Below are positions 43,601-51,941 of a stretch of DNA of 64,000 nucleotides, piece after piece. The notes under the pieces are model-generated. The model did no database searches, was not told where the DNA came from, and saw nothing but the letters and a program-made list of their open reading frames with translations. Origin of the DNA: Diplonema japonicum. Taxonomy: Eukaryota > Protista > Euglenozoa: Diplonemea. The DNA lies in contig OZ025736.1 in assembly GCA_964019335.1 (NCBI GenBank), positions 186,001 through 250,000 of the forward strand, written 5' to 3'. Made by a program: the position numbers and the translations under genes. Each line of letters begins with the position of its first letter. Position 1 is the stretch's first letter.

Positions 43601-46573
43601 TGCTTGAAGTGCCGGTTGTGAGGTTGTCGATGGCACCCTCTCAAGCGGCACAGATGAGGTGCTGGTGTTTAAAGCAGTTTGTGCAGGAACTTGGCTTTCC
43701 GAATGCGTAACACTTGTATGTTTGGTAACTTCCTTCTCATCATCGCTGCTGCTGTAGATCTCACGTTCGATCTCGACAACAACAGGTTCCTCATCAACAG
43801 CCTCTGTCACAACGCCAGGTTGAGCACCTTCGACGACCTCAAGTGCAATGCTAGAAGGAGGCTCAGGGTACCCCGCAGGAACCTTCATCCTGTTCATGGC
43901 CTTAACAGCGAGCAAGCCAGCAGCCATCTTGAATCCAGTTTTCCTCTGTTCTTCCGATCTGGCAGAAGTGTGTGACACCGCGCTGCTGTGTGCAACAGGA
44001 TCAGCAGACTGGCTGTGGACGGATGGTGTCTTCCCCAGATGTGCGGGCTGAGATGAAGTACTGTGTACTGAACCCACGCTTGCCTGAAGCCCAGGTTGCG
44101 AAGTTGTTGATGGGACCCTTTCAAGTGGTTGCTGGGATGAGGTACTGGTATTCAGAGCAGGTTCAATAGGTGCTGGTTGAGACGAAGTACTAACATTGAG
44201 AGCGGATTGGCTGTGAATCGAGGGTGCCCCCTCCATTTGCTGTGATGTCACACTTGTTTGAAGTGCCGGTTGCGAAGAGGTGCTTGCGTGCATAGGTTCA
44301 GCCGTACTTGTGTTCAGAGCAGATTGGCTGTGTACCGAAGGTACCCTTTCCATTTGCTGTGATGTCACACTCGTTTGAAGTGCCGGTTGCGAAGAGGTGC
44401 TTGCGTGCATGGCCGCCTGTTGGTGAACAGATGTCACACTTGTTTGAAGTGCCGGTTGCGAAGTTGTCGATGGCACCCTCTCAAGCGGTTGAGAAGCACT
44501 CTCGTGCCCTCCATCATCGCTGCTGCTGTAGATCTCACGTTCGATCTCGACAACAACAGGTTCCTCATCAACAGCCTCTGTCACAACGCCAGGTTGAGCA
44601 CCTTCGACGACCTCAAGTGCAATGCTAGAAGGAGGCTCAGGGTACCCCGCAGGAACCTTCATCCTGTTCATGGCCTTAACAGCGAGCAAGCCAGCAGCCA
44701 TCTTGAATCCAGTTTTCCTCTGTTCTTCCGATCTGGCAGAAGTGTGTGACACCGCACTGCTGTGTGCAACAGGATCAGCAGCCTGGCTGTGGACGGATGG
44801 TGTCTTCTCCAGATGTGCGGGCTGAGAAGAAGTACTTTCATGCAACGAGGGAACAACGGACGGTACCCTCTCCAGTGGCTGTTGGGAAGGTGTATTAGTG
44901 TTTGAAACATGGCCCGCTGACTGCGAGGCAACACTCCCAGGAGCGGATGGTACGGCGGGTTGTGATGTTGTTGATGGGACCCTTTCAAGTGGTTGCTGGG
45001 ATGAGGTGCTGGTGTTCAGGGGTCCAGCCGTACTTGTGTTCAGAGCAGATTGGCTGTGCACCGAAGGTACCTTTTCCATTTGCTGTGATGACACACTCGT
45101 TTGAAGTGCCGGTTGTGACGAAGTGCTTGCATGCATGGCCGCCTGTTGGCTGTGAACAGATGTCACACTTGCTTGAAGTGCCGGTTGTGAGGTTGTCGAT
45201 GGCACCCTCTCAAGCGGTTGCTGAGATGAGGTGCTGGTGTTCAGAGCAGGTTCCACAGGTGCTGGCCGCGAAGACGTGCTGGTGTCCAAGACAGGTCCTG
45301 CTTGATGCGAAGCAACTGATGGGGGTTTAGCCAGAGAAGTCTGTGTTTTACGTGCTTCCTCCAGCTCAGCTTCAAGAACGGGGACTCGCGCCGCAATGCT
45401 GCGTGCCACTTGTATCTCATCCTCAAGGCTGGGGATTTGTGCAGCTGCAAAGCGTGCTTGCTTGACTTCTTCCTCAAGAGCAGGAATTTTCGCCGCTTCC
45501 TCTCGCAGTGATGGCACCTGTGCAGCCTGTGCCTGTAGTTCGACATTTGCAATTTCCAGTTGTCTTATACATTCCCTCAATTCCTTTTCTGTAGACAGCC
45601 CATCAGACTGCTGTGTTTGCTGTTCACCAAGCTTTTTTTCAAGGTTCCAAACTTTAGTTTTTTCTTGCTTCAGTTGGAAGGCGAGCTCCTCTATTTCGGA
45701 CACCTTCCTCTGCACGTCGTTCTCCTTTGCGTTGAGCCTGTTAAGCTGCTCCTGCTGCGACGTGTTGATGGAACGCATCCTGTCGAGCGTTGCGTTCTGC
45801 GATTTGATAGTGGACTCCGCTGCAAGCAACTCTGCTGGTTTCTTGGATTCGAGTCTACCTAGCTCCTGCTCCATTTCGAGTGCTTTTATGCGCTCTTTCG
45901 CGTTCCAAAGCTCTTGCTCTTTGTCTTCGCTTCTAGCCTGGTCTAGCTGTGTGCGTAACTCTGAGACCAGGTCTGTCAGTTTCGAGATGGCTTCGGTGGA
46001 TGATTTTTCCTGCTGCTGACGCGGCGCGACGACAGGTGGCGCGATCTCCATTTCGCTCCTTGGACTCACCACTGCATCGGGGGCGTAGCTGTTAAGCGTC
46101 TTTCGAAGTGTGGCGGTTTCTTTCCTCAGCTGCTCGGTCCTGGACTTCATGTCGGCGACCTCCTTGATCTTCATGGCGTGGCTGCCCATTCTGCCCTGCA
46201 AAGCGTCATTCTCAGCAGCGTCATGGTTTTTGACAGGTGTGATAGGCCCCGGACGCTGGCCCGGAGGTGATGTTCTCTGGGGCCACGCACCAGCTCCTCT
46301 GTGGTACTGGGCAAGTGCCGGCTTAGATGCTGGCATGTTAGCAACAGGAGAGTGTTCCATTGACGAAAACACAGGACGGTCAATCGGTCTGCGCGGTATT
46401 GGGCTCACTCGCGGATTGGCGTTGACATTATGTGTGGGGGCAGGAGAGGCTGCAAGAGGGCTACGTGCTGCATTGGCCCAAGAGTGGTTCATGGTTGCCC
46501 TCCTTGTCGGCGACAGGGGCATCATGGTCTTAGACACAGGGGTGCCTTTTAGGTATGGATACTGCGAACTCAT
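40601..46573 (-). CDS. Giant Ser/Thr/Gln/Pro-rich repeat protein with an N-terminal coiled coil
   Basis: About 1990-aa ORF from MSSQYPYL, with ALNTSTSSQP/ALQTSVTS/LERVPS micro-repeats and three copies of a longer module. Confidence 0.88.
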   Translation of the reverse strand: MSSQYPYLKGTPVSKTMMPLSPTRRATMNHSWANAARSPLAASPAPTHNVNANPRVSPIPRRPIDRPVFSSMEHSPVANMPASKPALAQYHRGAGAWPQRTSPPGQRPGPITPVKNHDAAENDALQGRMGSHAMKIKEVADMKSRTEQLRKETATLRKTLNSYAPDAVVSPRSEMEIAPPVVAPRQQQEKSSTEAISKLTDLVSELRTQLDQARSEDKEQELWNAKERIKALEMEQELGRLESKKPAELLAAESTIKSQNATLDRMRSINTSQQEQLNRLNAKENDVQRKVSEIEELAFQLKQEKTKVWNLEKKLGEQQTQQSDGLSTEKELRECIRQLEIANVELQAQAAQVPSLREEAAKIPALEEEVKQARFAAAQIPSLEDEIQVARSIAARVPVLEAELEEARKTQTSLAKPPSVASHQAGPVLDTSTSSRPAPVEPALNTSTSSQQPLERVPSTTSQPALQASVTSVHSQQAAMHASTSSQPALQTSVSSQQMEKVPSVHSQSALNTSTAGPLNTSTSSQQPLERVPSTTSQPAVPSAPGSVASQSAGHVSNTNTPSQQPLERVPSVVPSLHESTSSQPAHLEKTPSVHSQAADPVAHSSAVSHTSARSEEQRKTGFKMAAGLLAVKAMNRMKVPAGYPEPPSSIALEVVEGAQPGVVTEAVDEEPVVVEIEREIYSSSDDGGHESASQPLERVPSTTSQPALQTSVTSVHQQAAMHASTSSQPALQTSVTSQQMERVPSVHSQSALNTSTAEPMHASTSSQPALQTSVTSQQMEGAPSIHSQSALNVSTSSQPAPIEPALNTSTSSQQPLERVPSTTSQPGLQASVGSVHSTSSQPAHLGKTPSVHSQSADPVAHSSAVSHTSARSEEQRKTGFKMAAGLLAVKAMNRMKVPAGYPEPPSSIALEVVEGAQPGVVTEAVDEEPVVVEIEREIYSSSDDEKEVTKHTSVTHSESQVPAQTALNTSTSSVPLERVPSTTSQPALQASVTSVHSQQAAMHASTSSQPALQTSVSSQQMEKVPSVHSQSALNTSTAGPLNTSTSSQQPLERVPSTTSQPAVPSAPGSVASQSAGHVSNTNTPSQQPLERVPSVVPSLHESTSSQPAHLEKTPSVHSQAADPVAHSSAVSHTSARSEEQRKTGFKMAAGLLAVKAMNRMKVPAGYPEPPSSIALEVVEGAQPGVVTEAVDEEPVVVEIEREIYSSSDDGGHESVPQEVALNTSTSSQQPLERVPSTTSQPALQASVTSVHSQQAAMHASTSSQPALQTSVTSVHSQQAAMHASTSSQPALQASVNVEPVLNTSVSSQQQLERVPSATSQPALQTSVTSHSAPSVHNQSALNVSTSSQPAPGEPALNTSTSSQSALQASVTSVHSQQAAMHASTSTQPALQTSVTSQQMEKAPSVHSQSGLNMSTSSQPAPVNPVLNTTTSSQPLERVPSTSSQPALQASVTSVHSQQAIPSQPALNTSTSSQQPLERVPSAHGSVTSQPALQTSVTSQQMERVSSVSGQALLNTSTSSQLAPALNTSTSSQQALERVPSTTSQPALQASVTSVHSQQAAMHASTSSQPALQTSVTSQQMERVPSVHSQSALNTSTAGPMHASTSSQSALHASVTSQPMPVEPLNTSTSSHQLERVLSEVSQPALQASVTSQVPSVHSQAALNISTSSQPALQASVTSVSSRTALNAGNSQASELPALNTSTSSQPHSRVPSATSQPALQTSTTSVHSQLELNASTTSQPAPVAPPVLNTSTSSQQPTVQSEHGGSVASQPELVPTAPTVPMEAVRHEGILSFNLTYATPTVHTHREEELINGLDIGYEKSIDLCTETDRSMSHLETPVGTPGKSFEERMEPVFYVAAMIGEAGGAEKAGGLMSLVQAAPTPQEMMRRTQEQQKIRKFENKPLDLHLTQEMHHAVKECGVNAEEYEADGLRVLRLSSPRSKMRGLNLLHQAGYKIDPNKKNGIKMLLLSSPRRTPGLELLQESLAEKTK
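42928..45217. repeat. Intragenic segmental duplication: 42928-43648 ~ 44497-45217 (1569-nt offset), plus a partial third copy at ~43738-44050
   Basis: Near-identical DNA; identical alternative-frame ORFs recur at a 1569-nt offset. Confidence 0.9.
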
Positions 46574-46652
46574 AATCAAACCCTGTGTTCGTAATGTAAT
46601 GTAATGTAATGCAATGCAGCACACGCCGCTAAAAGAATAACTCTAGTGAAGG

Positions 46653-47657
46653 CTACCGTTTAGTTTCTTTGAGCTTGATGCACATTTTCTGATATTCGAG
46701 GTGAGTGACCTCTGTTCCTGCAATGTCCAAATCCCGCAGGAGCTGCTGGACGTGAGGGGAGAACTTAATCTTTTTGAAACCTGCGGCGGTGAAGGCAGCG
46801 GGTAGGTCTACAATGCTGATCATGCCAGTGCCTGCTAGATCAAACATCATGAAGGCAGCTTGTTGCTTAGGAAGGTCCTTGTTACAAGGAAGGTGTGTAG
46901 GGCGGGGGGGGAGGGCGCTTGGCTCGAAAGATTGGTCATCTTCTTCAGCTTTTTCATCCTCCCCTTCGCCTTCGGAGAGTGGATCAGGGAGGGCTTTGTA
47001 GACTTTTCCACCTTCCTCATACCCCGGGAAGCCAGTGTACTCACGTTGTCGTGAAATGGACTTTTGTGCATTTTTTGCATTTTGTTTGTAATTCATGATG
47101 CTCTCATAGTGGTCGCACACTGCATGGAACTCCGTCAACGTGAGAGACGCTCCTTTGGGGATTCCAAAAGCCGACAATGCTAGGTCGCAGTGCTCCGTGG
47201 CGCCGGAGTACCCGGCTGCCTCCATAGCCGTGCCAACTTCAAAAGCCCAGACCCTGCCTTTGTCATCAAGGTCAAACATCTGGAATGCAGCCTGCCTGTC
47301 GACAACGCTTACAGACCGCAGAGGTACTCCTTTAGGCGGTGAAGGCTGCACGGGTGCCGCAGGGACTATAACTGTCCTGTTTCTCTTCTGCTGTGCTGCC
47401 GCGAATTCATCTGGGAACATCCCACCTTTGTTTTGAGTACTCCGAGCTACTTCTTGCCTCCTCTGCTCATCTGCGAAATTCTGTCTCAAATGATCTGGTA
47501 AGGGCTGCGTTGGGTGCGACGGCATCTCGTATTTTGAAGGCGACGCGTGGGCGACCCTTGTCTGCACCCTGGGCGAGCCAACCGCCTCCTTGTACTCCCT
47601 CGCTAACTGCTCCACTCTGCCCCAGTCCATAGGGGTCATGCTCCCATATCGTTCCAT
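46653..47657 (-). CDS. EF-hand domain protein
   Basis: AFQMFDLDDKGRVWAFEV and AFMMFDLAGTGMISIVDL EF-hand-like pairs; start MERYGS. Confidence 0.8.
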   Translation of the reverse strand: MERYGSMTPMDWGRVEQLAREYKEAVGSPRVQTRVAHASPSKYEMPSHPTQPLPDHLRQNFADEQRRQEVARSTQNKGGMFPDEFAAAQQKRNRTVIVPAAPVQPSPPKGVPLRSVSVVDRQAAFQMFDLDDKGRVWAFEVGTAMEAAGYSGATEHCDLALSAFGIPKGASLTLTEFHAVCDHYESIMNYKQNAKNAQKSISRQREYTGFPGYEEGGKVYKALPDPLSEGEGEDEKAEEDDQSFEPSALPPRPTHLPCNKDLPKQQAAFMMFDLAGTGMISIVDLPAAFTAAGFKKIKFSPHVQQLLRDLDIAGTEVTHLEYQKMCIKLKETKR

Positions 47658-47779
47658 CCTGCAGCGTGATACATACTGAACAGCTACAAAGTAATACGCG
47701 GAAAGGAGTGCTTCTGATCCGAGCACTGGTTTAGTATCTCTCTACACTATGGGGGTGGGGGAGCGGGGCAATGATATGA

Positions 47780-49823
47780 TTAGTTATTCTTCTGCTTCAG
47801 AATCATCGAGGCAACACGCTCGCCGATCATGAGCTCCGTTGCTGTGCCGGGCGCCTGTCAAGTGTGTTGAGTGAGAATGCAGCATACCGTGAACGGGAAT
47901 GGGAGGATGGACGAGTCTGCAATGCGGAGAGACTTTGCGCCGCGCAAGGTGAGGTCCATGGGGTCAACCACCGAGGTTAGGGTTTTGCCTGTTTTGATCT
48001 TTACGTGTTTTTTGCATGATACCTTCTGTTACTACCAAAGGCGCCATGGAGCACGTGCCCACCGGGTTGTTGAAGGGTTGGGCATGGCTCTTCATATAGT
48101 CCACAAGGTACTCCTCAGTGTCAATCTCATCCTGAATAGCTTTCAAGCCCTTCAGATCATCTTCAGGCATTTCACGAGAGTTCAGTCGGGCAATAGCTCT
48201 CCTCCCGTACATGAGATCCACTGCGTCTGTCATAGATGTCTTCTTTAAGAGCTCCACGTCCACCGCCTCCCTCTGTGTGAGGACGCGCTTCAGGGGGTCG
48301 GTGTTGGCCATCCTCCTGAGCAACCTGACGACAGGTACCGTTTGCTTCAGGTCATCGTCATTCCTCAAGTAGCAGCAATCCACCTTTATTTCCTTCCCGT
48401 CTACCGACACCTCGCCATGCAGTGCCGATGGTGGATATCTCTGGGCACCGGTCACATTAAACTGCATGGCCTCGTTGAACCTCGCAAGGTTCATGCTGAT
48501 GCCACGCCTTTGAAAGTCGAACCGCTGGAACCCACCGCTTGAAGCGATCCCCACGCAGTGGTCGTGCTGCACGTTCTTCATCTCCTCAGCGACCTTGCCA
48601 GCTTCGATCACTTTCGAGCTCCATGACCCCGTCAGCCCGTTCACTTTCGCATTCAAGTACATCAACGTATCCACAGGGAACGAAAGCACGGGACCGTGCC
48701 CGGACAGTTTGTACGCCAAGTGGTGCATCAAAGAGTGGATGTTGCAGGAGTCGAAAGAAACTCCGTTCCTTGTCTGATAGATAATAGGCACTTGCAGCAA
48801 GTCACGCAAATTCTTCCCCACACCCTTGTTCTCCACCACCTCACCCTTCTCGCTTACCCCCGACCTCAGTAGGATGGCCGCAGTACCTACAGCTCCTGCA
48901 CATAAGATGACTTCTTCTGTGCAAGCAGTTTGGTTTTCCCTGCCTGACCTGTCAGTCCATGTCACGCCAACGGCCTTGGTGCCGTTCCACTTAATGGCCT
49001 GTACAGTGGCTTCCGTGCGCAATGTGAAGTTCTTCGTACCCAAGATGGGCCTGATGAAGGCAGTGGCGGGTGAACACCTCATCCCTTTTTTGTCCACAGC
49101 AAGCTGGGCAGGACTGATACCATTGGTGTCTGGCTTGTTGCTGTCTAAGTTTTTCAGAACACCAACGTCGGAGGCGCTGTCTGCGGCAAGTTTCCCAATA
49201 GGGGACCTCATTGGTGTAAATGAAGTGCGCAGGGGCCCTGATATATTGTGGTTTTTATCGTCGAAGACAGAGGACCCCTCCGACTTCAGGAAGAAGGGTA
49301 GGCAGTCAGCGTAGGACCAGCCTTTGACGCCGATCTTCTGGAGGGAATCCAGCTCGTGCTTTGAAGGGCGCTGGTATATGCTTTCGTTTATGCTGCCGGA
49401 CCCGCCGAACACCTTTCCGTTGATCCCAATGAGCTTCCTGTCCTTGAGGAGGCTCGATGTCGATGTGTGACACCAATCGATCGCTGTGTGGGCCAAGCTG
49501 TTGGTGTATGACCCGTAATACGACATGTCGTGCAGATTGTCGTCCTGCCCTGCCTCAAGCAGAAGCACTTTTTTACCCTCCTTCACCAACCGATGCGCGA
49601 CCACACATCCACTTGCACCGCTCCCAACAACAATGTAGTCATAGCTGCCGTGCACCGTTGTCTTGTGCAAGCCGGTGTATCTCTTCCATGCCCATCTCAA
49701 ACTCCAAAACAGTACAACAACTGCGGCCATGCCATATATCATGTAGTCTTGCATGTCCCTCTCATACTGCTGCTTCTCCGTCAGTGCAGTGCTCTCGAAA
49801 AAACTTGAGTAGCTTCCACCCAT
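47780..49823 (-). CDS. GMC oxidoreductase-like flavoprotein with an N-terminal TM anchor; 2 introns near the 3' end
   Basis: YDYIVVGSGASG, GKVFGGSGSIN, LCAGAVGT and GVGKNLRD motifs. Splicing 47989-48022 and 47855-47887 restores SVVDP...LRIADSSILP...LMIGERVASMI*. Confidence 0.92.
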
Positions 49824-49924
49824 TTTAATTCCGCCTTCCTGTTTCTTTTGTCTGTTATATTATTCCCAAAGACTCACGGTTGCTCTTAAAAGAATAAGAA
49901 GTAACAAGCGGAAGTAGCACTCCT

Positions 49925-51484
49925 CTATTGCGGCGCCTTTCGCCTTCGTGCCCTCATGATCTGCGCTTTACTTTTCGGTGTCCCAGGGTTGGCGTTGTTA
50001 GTGGTAGCGGGTGCTGCTGTCGTGTTCAGATTGGCGCCTACAGTGGGAGTAGTGGCTACAGCAGGAGTGTTGGTTGTGCTTTGCTCATTAACAATAGGCA
50101 CAGTCTTGTACGGCGGTGATAGTGTGCTGATGTGAGGTGACTGTGGTGCCAGTGGTACATGGGGTATGATGGGGCACAAAGGCTTCGCTGGTGTCTTCGC
50201 TGGTGCCTGCTTTACAGGTGTGTGCTTTGCCGACATTTGTTTGGAGGTTGCCTGAGCCTCATCATTCTCAAGACTCTGGCTCTGACTTGATTGTGCCGCG
50301 GTATTTGCTGTGCCTTGTTCGACTCTCTGCCTTTTGGGTGCCGGCTGCAGCGTCTGCTGAGGCGTCCGCGACAGTCCCGACAAGGGCCTTCTCCTTGGAG
50401 GCTTGGGAGGTTCGTCCGATGCCACGGCGTGGACGTACCTGCATGTCGCCCCGTTGGTGCAGCTGCCCTTCTTCGAAAAGTAACGACACAGCACGTCGTC
50501 TTGTGTGCCTTTTCTTACAACCTTCCAGACATTGTTGCACACCATGCACAGCAGCTGCAACCTGCATCGCCCATTCGCCGTCTCCGAAGACTGGACCTTC
50601 CACTTCGAATGGTCACAAGGCGCTCTGTTGGCATCGCATTCCTTCACGCCCTCCGTGCTGATGATCACCGACTTCCCTACCATCCCAGTCGTGGCCGCTT
50701 CAGGAACTAAAGTAAGCGGAGGGTGCGACCAGTGTGACGAGTACCTGAAGATCAACGGCCTTCCACCTGTGATGACCTCACCGAAGGCCAGCTCATTCCT
50801 GGTCTCTTTGTCGCAGTAGGAAGTCAGATACTTGCTCATCAACCGCGCATCGACCTTGCCCGCCCTTCCTTTGATGTCTTCTTTTGTGAGCTTCTTCAGC
50901 ACGTAGTCACCTTCGTAGCTTTCGTCGTTGCTGTTAAGATAGCAAGGGAAGGGCCCCTTGCGAACTCTGATGAACACAACATAGTAAGGCTCGAAGGGTG
51001 CGACGGGTGTGTGGACAGGGAGGAGCATTACAGTGACGAGGCCGTGACTGACACTGGGCCAGAATCTGTCGAGGGTGGAAAAGAAGGGTGTGAGGAAGCT
51101 GTGGAGCTGTGATGGGTGCGTGTTCAGCGGGATTCCTTGAATGATTCCGTCACTTTCGATGCCTAGCAACAAGATGCCGCCGGAAGTGTTGAGATATGAA
51201 CAGACCCACTCTTCAGCGAGGGAGGCAAGCGCATGCCCCCATAGCTCAGGCTCGTCAGGGTTGAAACACCCGAGCAGCCTGTAAGGAGGCATCTCGACGT
51301 CTTTCGGGACAGCCAGCTTTGTGTGCAGCAACATCTTCATATTGAAAAACCTCTCAGCCACTTTGTCATGTACTTCATACTTTTCTTCCTCTTCCTCATC
51401 ATCGCTCTTTCCCTTCGGCTCTTCGATGCTCTCCGTGACTCCAGAGGCCGAAGTTGAGGTCTCCTCGTCGCTGCTGTCTACCAT
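49925..51484 (-). CDS. Schlafen/AlbA-2-like domain + CxH..CxxC knuckle + CCCH zinc-finger protein
   Basis: WVCSYLNTSGGILLLGIESDGIIQGI (AlbA_2 core), CDHSKW...LCMVCNNVW and CRYFSKKGSCTNGATCRYVH. Confidence 0.8.
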   Translation of the reverse strand: MVDSSDEETSTSASGVTESIEEPKGKSDDEEEEEKYEVHDKVAERFFNMKMLLHTKLAVPKDVEMPPYRLLGCFNPDEPELWGHALASLAEEWVCSYLNTSGGILLLGIESDGIIQGIPLNTHPSQLHSFLTPFFSTLDRFWPSVSHGLVTVMLLPVHTPVAPFEPYYVVFIRVRKGPFPCYLNSNDESYEGDYVLKKLTKEDIKGRAGKVDARLMSKYLTSYCDKETRNELAFGEVITGGRPLIFRYSSHWSHPPLTLVPEAATTGMVGKSVIISTEGVKECDANRAPCDHSKWKVQSSETANGRCRLQLLCMVCNNVWKVVRKGTQDDVLCRYFSKKGSCTNGATCRYVHAVASDEPPKPPRRRPLSGLSRTPQQTLQPAPKRQRVEQGTANTAAQSSQSQSLENDEAQATSKQMSAKHTPVKQAPAKTPAKPLCPIIPHVPLAPQSPHISTLSPPYKTVPIVNEQSTTNTPAVATTPTVGANLNTTAAPATTNNANPGTPKSKAQIMRARRRKAPQ

Positions 51485-51941
51485 GTTTGCTGCGAACTTA
51501 AGTGTGAAAAATAAGATTGGAAGAAAAAAAAAAAAGAAAAAAATCGGAGAGGATAGACAAGTGAGTAAGCAAGATGTGCCCTTCATTCTCCTCTTACAGC
51601 AAGATCCCCTTGCTATTTGCCATTGAGTAACTATCACGAGAAGTAGCAGTAGTCAGCGCATGGCAATGTCAGTGTGTGGTTAGTGGTGACAAGAGCCTCG
51701 TGAAGGACCCAAGCGCAGTTCCTTCAAGAGGTCCATTTGTCACAAGGGGGGGAGGGGGAGGGGGAGGCAGAGGGGGACATTAAAAAAAGAGCAAAATAGC
51801 TTGCTATTAAGAATGAAACAAAAAAGTAAAAAACCGCACACTATTGGTGCTCATTTCTTTTTCTTTTTTTCCTTTTTTTTTGGTTACAACAAAACAAAAA
51901 AGATAATAAATAAACTAAAATAAAGAAGAAAAAAAAAAACA

